From Octopus sinensis (lineage: Eukaryota): a stretch of DNA of 64,000 nucleotides. Position 1 is the stretch's first letter; every line of letters begins with the position of its first letter. This document shows, piece after piece, positions 1-12,562 of the stretch. Under the pieces are notes generated by a model, which was given only the letters and a program-made list of their open reading frames with translations, made no database searches and had not been told where the DNA came from. The DNA lies in NCBI RefSeq assembly GCF_006345805.1, contig NC_042997.1:160084001-160148000 (forward strand). The letters are read 5' to 3'. Position numbers and translations under genes: made by a program.

Positions 1-289
1 ATTTGTTCTTCAAGCTTTTGGTATTGATTCTGCCTCACTCAACAATAAATCGAACGCTGCCGCTAAGGGGTTATGAGTACTGGTGAGTTGTTGCAACCAG
101 AAATTAGGAACCTTGTCTATCCCTGGAGTTTTTTCCAGTTGCTGGTACTCCTCAAATTGTCCCTGATCTCTTGGCTTCTGATGGTGGGCCATATCTGTTG
201 TTCTATTGTGTTCTTTCGTTTTTCCTTTTCCCTATTAATCCACTGCGCATTTTTGGTGTGCTTTTTGTCTGATTTGCTCCATATTGCTT
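1..289 (-). mobile_element. R4/Dong-clade non-LTR retrotransposon fragment (start of RT domain)
   Basis: Minus-strand translation EKTPGIDKVPNFWLQQLTSTHNPLAAAF matches the K(S/T)PGxDxxxNFWLK motif at the start of RT. Abuts an (AAT)n array. Confidence 0.7.
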
Positions 290-320
290 ATTATTATTAC
301 TATCATTATCATCATCATCA

Positions 321-390
<70 letters not shown>

Positions 391-397
391 TATTATT
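290..397. repeat. (ATT/ATC)n microsatellite
   Basis: Read directly; source of the poly-Y and poly-N ORFs. Confidence 0.98.
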
Positions 398-718
398 GAG
401 TGAGAGAGCAGTGCATGCCATCAAAGTGACTCTGGGGTAAAATATACAAAGCCTAGTAGACCCATCATGACTACCCGTCTGATAAGGGTACACTAGGCAC
501 ATGCATCACAACCATATGTGCGCTACATGGTGATCTCATATCAATATAAACAGCATATGACCTTGCAGGTGTGGCCCAGTCAAAATTTTCTTCTGGTCGA
601 GTAACCGATCCCGTTCAAAAGGTTCCTGAATCAAGGTTGTTTGAGGATATTGAACGAAACACCCATGTTTCCAGAATCCCTCTCAACACTTGGCTATGAT
701 GCTCCACCAATACTTCTC
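398..718 (-). mobile_element. Non-coding interspersed repeat family X, flanked by TAA arrays
   Basis: Reverse complement of 2553-3003 (e.g. gagtgagagagcagtgcatgccatcaaagtgac vs cagtgagagagcagcgcataccatcaaattgac). Strand inferred from the (AAT)n tail. Confidence 0.75.
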
Positions 719-719
719 T

Positions 720-766
<47 letters not shown>

Positions 767-856
767 TAATATTATTATTATTATTAATTTTATTATTATC
801 ATTATTATTATTATTATTATTATTACTATTATTATTATTATTACTATTATCATTAC

Positions 857-916
<60 letters not shown>

Positions 917-948
917 CATCATTATCATTATTACTATTATTATTGTTA

Positions 949-1030
<82 letters not shown>

Positions 1031-1034
1031 TATT
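719..1034. repeat. Mosaic (ATC/ATT)n microsatellite
   Basis: Read directly. Confidence 0.98.
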
Positions 1035-1036
1035 AT

Positions 1037-1178
1037 GAAGGCGGTTAGCTGGAATAATCATAGGTCCACCGAGTAAAATACTTGGTGACATTTAGTCCGT
1101 CGTTACGTCCTTAGTTCAAATTCCGCTGCAGTCGACTTTGCCCTTCGTCCTTACGCGGTCGATAAAATAAGTGCCAAT
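1037..1178 (+). mobile_element. SINE family 1, diverged partial copy
   Basis: gaaggcgg...ctgg head, gttcaaattcc B box and gtcgactttgcc core, shared with 1764 and 52488. Confidence 0.75.
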
Positions 1179-1205
1179 CAAACAACATGCATCTACAACA
1201 TGAAT

Positions 1206-1259
<54 letters not shown>

Positions 1260-1763
1260 AAATGAGAAACAATTATAGCATTTTTCTTTCGATGGTTTTT
1301 ATAACTTGTCACTTATGTTTCAATAAACTTAGCTATCAAGCAACTTTCTCCTTGCCTTTTCCATTCCTTTTAGCCTATCTGGTCCTCGAGTTCCCCATGT
1401 AATATTTTAACAGTTCGCAATAAACAATCTGTTATTTATTACTAGCAATGATATGTCGTGACGGAAAGAGAGCTGCATCTGAGAACTAAGTTTCTATTAA
1501 ATACTAAATGACACTCATAGTAGAACGTCCAGCTTGCTGCTACATGGTGTCTATGGATGAGACTAGGAGCAGTTTGTTTAAAAGAAAGCAACAATAACCT
1601 AAATACTACTGATAAAAATCCTTTCTACAATAGGCACTATTTCTGAAATTTTTGTCGGACGGGTTCTTCTATGCTAAACTGGTAATTATCTGCACTCGGA
1701 AATATTTTATTGATTCTGAAAGGATAAAAGACAAAGTCGACATCGACGGTATTTGACTACAGT

Positions 1764-1998
1764 AAGGCGTGGAGCTGGCAGAATCGTTTGCACGCCAGGC
1801 GAAATGCTTAGTGGTATTTCGTCTGCCGCTAAGTACTGAGTTCAAATTCCGCCGAGGTCGACTTTGCCTTTCATACTTTCGAGGTCGATTAAATAAGTAC
1901 CAAATACGCACTGGGGTCGATGTAATCGACTTAATACCTATATCTGTCCTTGTTTGTCCCTTCTGTGTTTAGCCCCTTGTGGAAAATAAAGAAATAGG
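1764..1998 (+). mobile_element. SINE family 1, full length (tRNA-derived)
   Basis: A-box-like GAGCTGGCAGAA, B box GTTCAAATTCC and central gaggtcgactttgcctttcat; colinear with 52488-52722. Confidence 0.9.
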
Positions 1999-2159
1999 TA
2001 TCTGACTTCAGAACGTAGTGAGCCGGAAGAAATGTTGCTAAGCATATATTTGATCATAATTGATTATAATGAGCTGAAATATGAAATCAGTTATAACGAG
2101 TTAAGTGTGAAATCAATAGGATGTGAAAAATAAATAAAGAATGCAACTATCATACTTGA

Positions 2160-2530
2160 TGCACAAGCAACTGATAAGCTTGACTGCCTTCCCGATAGTT
2201 GATCAAAATTGCCTTATCTATCAGCATCTCATCCTTTGTTCAACGTGACCCCTTTCCGCAGGCCATCTGTTTATCTGTTAACGGGTCATTTCTCTCAAGA
2301 TGGTCGTACACTGCTCTCCCCATTATTCCATTTATAAGCTGCCACATCATAGGTAAACAAGATAAGCACTCGCACAATTGTTACTGGCCACGGCATCATT
2401 GGCTGGTCCTTCTGAAGCCAGTGTGCCCCGTTGTTGTGCTTGACATTCTCTGATCAGATTTTGGTGCCATTTTCCACCAGAGGATATTTCTTATTCATGT
2501 TGTTCTGTTCATTTTCAATGAGGGTTACAT
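2160..2530 (-). mobile_element. R4/Dong-clade RT fragment
   Basis: Minus frame reads PMMWQLINGIMGRAVYDHLERNDPLTDKQMACGKGSR*TKDEMLIDKAIL, the EQxGCRKGSRGTKDxLLIDKA block. Confidence 0.75.
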
Positions 2531-2552
2531 TCCCTCTTCTTCCTCCAACTTC

Positions 2553-3003
2553 ATGTACATTTTATGTCTCGGTTTAAAAGATGGGCTGCAGCAAGTATTC
2601 TGCTCAATACCACTAATTTGCTTGTCAGTTACTTGACAACCAGTTGAGCACGTCCCTTAGTGACTGACGATGTGTGCATCTCTGAACACAAGCAGAACTA
2701 GCGGGGAAGCATCTTTGGGGTTTGAATAATTCACCTCTGGAAACATAAGTGTTTCATTCATCATCCTAAATAAACCTTATTCAGGGACCTTTTGATCGGG
2801 ATGGGCTACTCGACCTGAAGAAAATTTTAACTGGGCACCACCTGCAAGGTCATGGGTGTTAATGAGATCACTACGTCACGCACATGTGGTTGTGATGCAT
2901 GTGCCTGGTTCATCCTTAACGGACGGATAATCATGATGAGTATATTGCGATTTGTATATTTTACCCCAGTGTCAATTTGATGGTATGCGCTGCTCTCTCA
3001 CTG
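2553..3003 (+). mobile_element. Interspersed repeat family X, second copy
   Basis: Inverted homology to 398-718; its left end also matches 58331-58373. Confidence 0.75.
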
Positions 3004-3005
3004 TG

Positions 3006-3120
3006 AACACGCCTAACAGAATGCTTTGCGACATTTTGTCTGTCGCTACGTTCTGAGTTCAAATTCCGCTGAAGTCGACTTTGCCTAACATCATTTCGAG
3101 ATCGATGGATTAAGTATCAG
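3006..3120 (+). mobile_element. SINE family 1, partial
   Basis: ctacgttctgagttcaaattccgctgaagtcgactttgcc. Confidence 0.75.
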
Positions 3121-3693
3121 TGGACAGAAGTCACACATAAGAGCCTAAAAAAAGGCACTACGGTGCACCAACAAATAAAACAGCTGTACCCCAAAAGAAC
3201 ACTTAGAATCACCCGAACACAACAACAATAACAGCACACCAACACCCACGCTTCCAACACCTTCACTAAGACCACCACTACCAACACCACAGACACAGCC
3301 AACAGTACAAGGCACAACAAGCTCAACACAAAAAGTATATGGAAATAACAAATACACCACAAAACTCACTGCCATAAACACAGACAACACAAACTTATTA
3401 TGCATAAAGAAAAATACAGACATTAAGATGTTTAATTTTGTTCCCTCCACGGATAATACACCGCCAACACACACAGATAGTCCGAACATCGCAACATACC
3501 TACAGCAACATAAAATCCAAATTTCCACAGGCGGTTGGAGACTTCAACACGAAATTGTCCTGGAGCCTCTATATATCCTTGGTTATGGAGACCACCACAC
3601 CCCACATAGAGAGTGCGACATCTTCCCGCTCCCATCCCAGAGTGCTAACAGTGAGTCGTCCTTTCCTTTTTCTCCTTCCCAGCCACTCAACTA

Positions 3694-6345
3694 GTCATAC
3701 TCAAAATAGGTTGCACAAATGTATGTGGCCTGGAGTCTCCTTAGAAACACAGTCACCTACTCAACGACCTCAGGTCGCGAGGAATAGATGTAATAGCCAT
3801 TACTGAATCCAGACAAACCGAACCGCAAGGTTTCATGCCCAATTTCGATAACTACGAGATCTATTCATCTTCCGTATCGGCGGGAATGGGTGGCGGGAGT
3901 ACTGCGCTATTGTTTCAGTAAGGTCTGGATCTCAAAATAAGGTCAGTCTTCTTGGACCAGAAGGTAAGCTGGTGGTCTTGGACGTAAATGGTATTAAAGG
4001 TAGGGCCTTCAGATTGGTGGCTGTTTACACATCGACAGTAGTATAAGCTAAAAAGGACCTTCAAACTAGAATCACTTAGATTTAGCAAAATTTTAGCTGT
4101 AGAAAGGAATAAATTAGAGGGCGATTTAGTGAGAAAACTAGAAAAGGCGCGTAGGAAAGACATTGCAAGTGACGTACTGGCAGCTATGTTGGCCCTTGAT
4201 GAACACTTCAACGCCAAGCACGAAGTTTTATTGTCAGAGCTAAGGCACATGCTCTGAGAAAGAGGAACCAATGCTGCCCGATGGACCCGTGTGGATGAGG
4301 GGTAAAATGTCAACAAAAACACCATTCGGTCTTTTGTGAACCAAAATGTACGCGCAGTGAACGAGCTGGAGCAGATGTGTGCAGCTTTTCAGCAGCATTT
4401 TGCCAAATTGTTCGGGACGAACGGTGTGCCAGATCACAGGATGAATTTCACTGTCTATCTCGATGGACTGCCACGACTCTCAGCAAGAGATGCGGAGTGG
4501 TGCGAAAGGCTGATAGCAATTGAGAAAATACGGGATGAGATGATAAACTGCACGGGGGTAAAATCGCCGGGATCAGATGGTCTGCCCTATGAGTTTTATT
4601 GTAATATGCTAGTCTTATTTGCAGGTATCTTGGCAGATATCTACTGCAACTGGCAACAGAATGAAAGAATTCCCAAATCTGTGAGCCGAGGATCACTGCT
4701 ACAGCTGAGAAAGGATCAAAACGAGTGGGGAGGTATTAGATCATTTTAGACCCATCACTCTGCTTAACGCAGACAGGAAAATTTTCTGAAGTGTTAGTGA
4801 AGAGGTTGACACTTGTCGCTGAGAAACTGGTTGGAAACGCATAAACATGTGCCGTCTCAAACAGGTGGGTGGGGCTCTGATCAATTTAGATTAGTAAAAA
4901 GCATTTGATAGGGTTAACCAGATATCTACTGCAACTGGCAACAGAATGAAAGAATTCCCAAATCTGTGAGCCGAGGATCACTGCTACAGCTGAGAAAGGA
5001 TCAAAACGAGTGGGGAGGTATTAGATCATTTTAGACTCATCACTCTGCTTAACGCAGACAGGAAAATTTTTCTGAAGTGTTAGTGAAGAGGTTGACGCTT
5101 GTCGATGAGAAACTGGTTAGAAACGCATAAACATGTGCCGTCTCAAACAGGTGGGTGGGGCTCTGATCAATTTAGATTAGTAAAAAGCATTTGATAGGGT
5201 TAACCATCAATATCTGGCAGCTGTTTTCACGGCGGTCGTTTTCGGTCTGGTTTTCCGCGGTTGAATATTTGACATGTACGGCGACATTTGCTTGGTAGTC
5301 TGGGTGAATGGTCACCTGTCGGAAGCATTCAATATCGTGCATTCGGTCCGTCAAGGGCGACTACTATCATCCCTTCTGTATGTACTGACCCTCGAATCAT
5401 TACTTTAGAAACTGGAGATTTTGAGAGGCATTTCGCGTGAATTAAAATCTGGAAGAGTTGTGTCGGCATACGGAGACGACGTCACCGTCATTGTGCCGGA
5501 CGACAAGCACATAGATCTGGTCAGCACTACTGTGAAAGAATATGAGGAAGTAATGGGAGCAAAGATTATTCCGGGAAAATCGGTGGGCCTGCAGCTCGGC
5601 AACTGGAGAGGCAGATCCATGCTAACCGACAGCGTTGTTGTACGTTGGACGGTCGGGCCCGTAAAATTGCTCGAAGTCTGGTTCGGACCGGACCTCCAGC
5701 TGGAGAAGAACTGGAGCAAGGTGACGAGCAGGGTAGACAGTCTCACCCAGAAATGTGCCAAGAGGAAGCTATCTTTGAAAGGTCGGGAAGAGGTGGCGAA
5801 CACATACGTCGCCTCAGTCATTTACCACTGTTTCACCGTCCTGCCGTGCCCCAGTTAGAACCTGATCAAGCTGGAGCGTTTGCTTTTCTGCCTTTTATGG
5901 GAGGAAGAACTCCGCTGGTCAGGCGCTCTATTTACTGTCAAGACCCTATGAACTTGACTGGGTATACCGTGGCTATTGATGTACAGTCATGCACTGAGGC
6001 TGCGGCGCATCTAGCGTTTCCTCGGCAACAGTGAGCAGGTGTGGTCACCGTTTGTCAGACTCGCTTTCCCGCAGCCCGTCTCTTTGAGTAAGCTGCCATC
6101 TTGGATCAAGCGTAGACCAAGGATGGGCGTTTGGCACCTTGAGTGTCTCCAGGGGCTCACGCTCCTCAGACAGACGGGCAATGCGGTTAGTGGAAGTTGT
6201 ACTATGGCGTTGTATAGGGGTTTAATTTTGAAAGGAAACAAAGACGTTCTTAGGGTGACTCTATGCGTCGATGAATTTCAACTCGCCAGTCTGTTACGAA
6301 GGACTTTCGAGCCGGGTCCTATGTGCAGATATTTTCCTGTGTGAC
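3694..6345 (+). mobile_element. L1/Tx1-like LINE ORF2 remnant (APE endonuclease + RT)
   Basis: APE start IGCTNVCGL...DVIAITES and EGKLVVLDV...LVAVY. RT motifs KSPGSDGLPYEFY, RPITLLN, KAFDRVNH, VRQG and AYGDDVT. Stops, frameshifts, internal deletions and a 285-bp duplication. The CA-rich 3120-3690 stretch may be its ORF1 tail. Confidence 0.88.
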
Positions 6346-6605
6346 GGCCCTATTACAAACACTAACATTTTTATGCCTGTTGTTTCCTTAATTTCGGTTA
6401 TCCCCTGTCCCTTTTTTCTATTGAATATTTTCACTCCTCTATTCTTTCTATTCATTTCGTCTCTTCCTTGCTTTCCCTCTCTTCCTCTTAGTCCTCTTCG
6501 AGATAAAGTCGTCTATTACACTTTCCTCTTTATCCCTCTTCCACTTATACTGATTCTTATTGCCTCTCTTCCTTACCCGCATACTTGTACCATTCCTTTA
6601 ATTTT

Positions 6606-7950
6606 CTACTTTATTATAACCAGATATGATTCTGACAAAAATAACATTAACTCTTTAGGTCGTTCATTTTTTCTCAAGCAATCAATGGGCCGATTGAGTA
6701 AGCCTATAAATAACGAACCTATAATGACTAATGGAAATGCAGTGATGGATCGTATGGAATGCAATGTCACAATCTGGCCATATTGCATTGTCTTTATTGC
6801 TCGCTCGATTTCTGTAAACCCATGAATTCTAGTGCCGGTCACAGCGCAGGTGAGCGAGATAGATTCTGTTACACCAAGACAGTTGCAATTCATTGAATTA
6901 AATACACATTTTTATATATGTGATTAAACCGTCTCTGTTGGGAAATGGTCTTTTTAGCCTGATTCGAGCATAGTTTGTAAGACGGGAATTACTCTATTGA
7001 ATTAATAAGGTTACCTAAATAACTGTTCCATGAATGTTGCGTTTATTTTACTAGCATTAAAAAGAATCTTAATGCTATTAATGATGAAGTGCAAAATTTT
7101 TAGATTGTTAAATATTATGTTTACAAAGTTAATTTTTCTGTATGTGGACCGTTTGTATTTAAATGCATTCTGTGTGAACCTGTGTATCTGTATCGTTGTT
7201 GATGTTTTTGCAGATCATGATGACGTTATTACTATTTTCTCTGTAAAGTGTAATTTTACTTTTTTTAGTGTTTGTAAATGTTATGTAAATAATTTTTAGA
7301 CTTTGTAACACATCTTGGTCGGCATTTTAGATTCTGGTTCGCGCTGAGTCATAAATACCGTAGTTCCCAACTGAAATTGTTCAAATGCCGAGAGAAATAT
7401 TTGTTGTTCTCGCCGTGACTATCCTATCTTCTTTCCCAGTATAGTATATTCAATATTGGTTCGACTGTTTTTAAGACAACTGCATATTAAATCATTTTAA
7501 GATGGCAGCGAAACTTTGGATGCTATTGTTTCTTTTTGCAGGAAAAAGTCTTTAAGTCTCCTTCCTTTCGTTTAAAATATCTGAGATTTCTGGCCCCCTC
7601 CACTAGTCTCAAATAATGTTCTCCTGAGAAATTTATGGAGAAACAATCCTGTATAATCTCGTGACCACTACTTCGAAATTTTTACTGCAAGCAAGTTTTC
7701 ATTTTTCCCCATACTTACATCCACAACGCACCCAGAGTTATTGCGGAAGGCAAAGACAACCAAAGATTTGTTTTCCATTGATACTTTCGATACCCTCACT
7801 ATAATTAAACATTCTCTTCTATAAGGTGGCATATATATTTTGTCGGACAGCTTTATTGCATTTCTTCGAAATTAAATAGCATAACAGCTAGTCAGTATGA
7901 ATGACGGTCTTCACATTACCGATTTTTGGATCTATATCTTTATTCTTTAA
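6606..7950 (-). mobile_element. Old L1-clade LINE remnant, family 2
   Basis: 7520-7780 aligns with 29580-29820, and TEIERAIKTMQ...VTLHSIR aligns with TEIDRAIETLQ...VTLLSIR at 27.9 kb. A-rich coding strand. Confidence 0.55.
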
Positions 7951-8199
7951 AATCTTTTCTAGACAGGTTTTCATAATGAGATACACACGTAAAGGCAACT
8001 CCTTTTCCCTTCTTTCTTTAAACATTACTTCCATTTCATTATTGTCATCTTCTCTATGCATATATTATGAAATCAATGGATCTTCGGATGAACGGCATTG
8101 GAGAGCATAAATATTAGAGTTGTTGTTGAGAAAATGTTTACTGATATGGATGATTGAAGGTCATCTAAATATTGGAGAAAAGTTACTTGTCATGATTAT

Positions 8200-8690
8200 T
8201 CGCTCCTCAATGCTCTGTGAACACTTTATAGACTCTAAGATCTGACGTGAAGAGCTGCAACTGTGATGTTGTAGCCAACGGGAAGGGGTACAGCAGGCGT
8301 TGTGATTGGCTCCGTACGTCGTAATCCATCCAACAACTGATGAACTGAGCCTTGAGCTCAATGCAGGCGGCTATGTGAAGCTGCTGAAATCCTGGTTGGA
8401 GAGGAATACTGCTGCCGTGTATAGCAGCAAGATTAATCTCCTTTCTCTCATTCAAGAAATAATCAGAAGTGGTTGTGGAATAATTTCTACGCCTGTAGCA
8501 GCCCCAATATTTCGCCTCCAAATTTTCCCGGATGCAATCCCCTGGATAATAATAATGTATGGGGTGCGATTGAGAAATATACCAACTTCTCTGCCTAGAA
8601 CATCAAGGCCAAGAGCTTCTCAAGGACTCATTGACGAACGCATACTGTGCCATCTTGCGACTGTTGTGGGGCTTATCTTTCAGCTATTTT
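8200..8690 (+). mobile_element. Tc1/mariner-superfamily transposase remnant
   Basis: 8455-8600 reads RNNQKWLWNNFYACSSPNISPPNFPGCNPLDNNNVWGAIEK, the degenerate WPPxSPDxNPLDYxVW block. Confidence 0.72.
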
Positions 8691-9586
8691 GTAGTTGATA
8701 TTTTTTGAATTTTTGATATACTTCTATTTTTGGAGTGGACATTTTGATTTCTTTTCCTTTTAGGAAAATGACCAAATATTGCTCGAACACACCTTATATG
8801 CATACCAGGCAACTAATCTAACACGAAAGTGGAATAGAGAAGAGGAGAGTCAGTGGACAGGGAGACTCCTACAATTATTTTCGAGAATAACGGTAAAAGT
8901 GTCAGAGAGTCTAGAAATAGCTTTCTCTGAGCAGTCTCCTTGCAGGAAAGATACAAATTCCTGATTATCTGAGCAGAGGCACGCATCTAGGCAACGCAAA
9001 CTAAACATGAACTCTGTAAAGACTGTCAGTCAACACACCAAATGATGCCACAAACTAAATGTGATTGCATGTGATCGATATTTTCGTATCATGTTTCTTA
9101 TCAATATATACCGATATATAAAACCCGAATCGACTTTATAGGTGAAGCCAAGGTCTCATCGATCACCTATGGAAGAATACAGGCAGACACATGTATTTTA
9201 TAGATTAACATTTTTTTGTACTTGTTTCACCCGGAGTTTATTAAAATTTATATCCAAACTAACATTTTCCGTAAAACTCCGAAGGTCTTATTGATATTTT
9301 GACAGTCAATGAATAAATTTAATACGTCGTTGTTTAAAATCGATTCCTAACACGATATTGAATTTTTACATCACATTGCTCATAATTAATACCTGCAAAT
9401 AGTATGTGGGAAGTATGAATTTACTCTGTAGTAACTTGCCGAAGAACTAGCAATCAATATTCTCATTGAAAAATGTTGCAAGATGCAACGAAAATTTTAG
9501 GAAAAATAAATAAGCTAATGAGTGGAAATTTTACCGGTGAGTGTGTTAAATAATAAGGTACTAAAAGGAAATGACTCTCTCCATAC

Positions 9587-9688
<102 letters not shown>

Positions 9689-9708
9689 AAACAAAATAGG
9701 AAAATAAT

Positions 9709-9822
9709 GATCAACAACAATTGACTAACATCAATTATTACTTTTTAATACAAATAGGCTGTAGATGGGATACAGTCTATTTGTATCAAAAAGTAATAAT
9801 TGGTGTCAGTCACTTGTTGATC
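9709..9822. repeat. Inverted repeat / long hairpin
   Basis: Arms 9709-9763 and 9771-9822 around a 7-nt loop (gatggga); about 5 substitutions plus one 3-nt indel. Confidence 0.9.
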
Positions 9823-10022
9823 AGTGTTTCTTCATTTTCTGTTTACTTTAAATTTTATTCCTGATATAATTATCTTTGTCATTGCCTGTAACCTATGAGC
9901 CTAATATGCTTGCATATTTATGTCCAGAGTTAACATAGATAATTATACCTGTAGTAAAATGAACATTTTAATCCCTTAAACGGTTATTCCAACCTCTAAC
10001 TCTACTAACCAATATATATATA

Positions 10023-10541
10023 CGCTTCCTTATTTGGAAGCCTTTTATTATATTTCTATACGAAAAATATATAGTCTAACGACTAACTCGTCTTTTGTGC
10101 TAGGCCACTGGTAATAATAATTTATTTTATTACCCTATTTGATTATGTTTTAATATTGCTTGATAAATTTGTTCGTAAATCTTTTACCGGCATCCTTGGG
10201 ATATAGCCGAGATGGTAAATGTTTTTAATTTTCATTCCTTTCATGAATTTATCTCTTTTGTGTTTCTAGCAGTACGCGTCCTTATTTGGAAGCCTTTTAT
10301 TATATTTCTATACGAAAAATATATAGTCTAACGACTAACTCGTCTTTTGTGCTAAGCCACTGGTAATAATAATTTATTTTATTACCCTATTTGATTATGT
10401 TTTAATATTGCTTGATAATTTGTTCGCAAATCTTTTATCCTTGGGATATAGCCGAGATGGTAAATGTTTTTAATTTTCATTCCTTTCATGAATTTATCTC
10501 TTTTGTGTTTCTAGCACTACGCGTCCTTATTTGGAAGCCTT

Positions 10542-10543
<2 letters not shown>
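10023..10543. repeat. Tandem duplication, about 250-bp unit, 2.1 copies
   Basis: ccttatttggaagcctttt recurs at 10028, 10280 and 10525. Confidence 0.95.
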
Positions 10544-10620
<77 letters not shown>

Positions 10621-10626
10621 TATATA

Positions 10627-11021
10627 CTAGCAGTATCGCCCGGCGTTGCTCGGGTTTGTAAGGGAAATAACTATATAAGAATTTTTAGAGAGTTATAGCC
10701 AAAAAATAGCAAAAAAATGCATTAAAAATGGAAAAAAACTATGGTAATTTTTTTTTATATCGTTGATTCATCGTAGACATTTTTAGAGAGTTACTTCCCT
10801 TATATAATAGCGAAAAATGCATTAAAATGGAAAAAATTGATGGTAAATTATTTTTAAAATCGTTGACTCATCGTAGACGTGCGCTAAAACGCAGAAGGGC
10901 TCGATATGAATCACGACTATAAGATACCCGCTTTTGGGTTCACTGCACCGCAAAATGTGGGAGTAGTTAGGAGTCTAAATCGTAGGAGACAGACACACAA
11001 CTTGACTCTTATATATAATGA
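10627..11021 (-). mobile_element. Non-autonomous Helitron (395 bp)
   Basis: Minus strand has 5' TC, 3' CTAG and a CCCGAGC-AAC-GCCGGG hairpin 8 nt before CTAG; inserted at A|T within (TA)n. Internal ~98-bp tandem repeat at 10681-10878. Confidence 0.85.
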
Positions 11022-11517
11022 TATATATATACATATATATATATTACCGTCAGTATTCTGCTCACTTTGGTATAACCAGTTCTTTCTTCATTACAATTAA
11101 ATGTAGGGCATATTTAGGTAAATCAATACTTGTTGATTACACATTGTTGTTTTTGAGTACCATATCCACCCTGATATTGAACACATATGTTCAGTCGTGA
11201 CCATCCTGTCTTTCCAGGGAGAGTTTAATCTCAGCCCACGTTATCCAATGATTATAGCTATTAGATGTTGTTCGCTTCTTTGAAGCCTCTCACTTTCTGA
11301 AAACATCCTTCGCATTACCTCAAACTTTTGTAGAGATAATGACAGAGCGTACTTCTGTACTTGGGAAGATGGCACTTAGATAACCTGAACAGGTTTCTGT
11401 ATGTTGCCAGGAGAGGCATCGTAACAGTATACAATGGTTGTCCCTAATTTTGCATTGCATGGCCTGCAACTCCATGCTTTTACAATTGTGTAACTCTTTA
11501 TATTCTATTTGATTGTA

Positions 11518-11656
11518 CAGTGATGGCCAAAAGTTTGGAACACCTTTTTATAAATTAAAATTCTTATGGTCAAATACAATTTGATTTAACTAGTTTGGGC
11601 ATTTATATAAAAATTCTAATTTCCAGACTTATGTTCCAAACATTTTTCCACAACTG
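11518..11656. mobile_element. Tc1/mariner-type MITE, 139 bp
   Basis: TA|cagtgatggccaaaagtttggaaca ... tgttccaaacatttttccacaactg|TA: imperfect ~25-bp TIRs with TA on both sides. Confidence 0.72.
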
Positions 11657-12055
11657 TAATATGTTTGTAATGTAGTTCCTGATGAATTATGATATTGTTT
11701 GCTAACAGCTATAGTGTAACAGACGTACCGATAAGAGAGCAGAAATACTCTGAAACACTTCTTTTGTACACCGTTATTGCATGGTGGCTTATTATGGTGG
11801 ATTATACAATATCGCATACTGTTTTACTGAGGTCGTTTAATGACATTGATTCATTTTTGGTATGTAAATCCCATACCCTCCATTCCTTTTTTTCTCTATA
11901 GAGCATTGTTACCTTCTCTTCTTTAACAATGAATATTACGGTAAGCCAGGAATTAATGGCGTGAAAGAAGCGAAAATTTTAGTGCATTACCACGGAACCA
12001 AGAGAATAAGGAAGAAAGCTGATAGAAATTGTATAAGGAGGGGGTAGAATGTGTA

Positions 12056-12222
12056 TCAGCAGCAGCAGTAGTAGCAGAAACAGCAGAAGAAACAACAGAA
12101 ACAGCAGCAGAAGCAGTAGCAGCAGCAGCAGCAGTAGCAGCAATAGTAGTAGTAGTAGTAGTAGTAGTAATAGTAGTAGTAGTTGTAGTAGCAGCAGCAG
12201 CAACAACAACTGCAGCAGTAAA
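12056..12222. repeat. (AGC/AGT/AAC)n microsatellite
   Basis: Read directly. Confidence 0.95.
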
Positions 12223-12236
12223 AGTAGAAATAAATA

Positions 12237-12562
12237 CAGGACCACCTTGTTCTACGGAAGCAATGCGTTCCTGAAAATCAGGAGGTTACACGAAACTCCG
12301 TAAAACAATTTTCCTAATTATGTTCATATTGTTAAGTGAGATTGCGTTCTTTCGGACTTTTTCAAAAAGAAGAAAAAGAATCACGTCAGTAGCAGAGAAC
12401 AAACAACACGATCGCCTTTATAAACTATTTCTAAACATACTCAGTACAATATAGATACATAAAAACGGAAAACCGTTTCATGAAGATTACGTTAGGGAAT
12501 TACTAAGAATCATAATTACTAAGAATCATATGTTCATATCACGAAAAAAATGTTGATTCCTG
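12237..12562. mobile_element. Possible pogo/Tigger-like MITE
   Basis: TA|caggaccaccttgttctacgg ... cacgaaaaaaatgttgattcctg|TA; degenerate TIRs. Confidence 0.45.

Noticed and set aside
73-1091. Long poly-Y/N/I/M/D ORFs here and at 12 kb, 37 kb, 43.6 kb, 55.6 kb and 58-63 kb
   Set aside because: Trinucleotide microsatellites are open in several frames on both strands; no coding evidence.
7502-7543. Signal-peptide-like MAAKLWMLLFLFAG on the plus strand
   Set aside because: It is the antisense of an A-rich LINE segment homologous to 29580-29650; no donor site follows.
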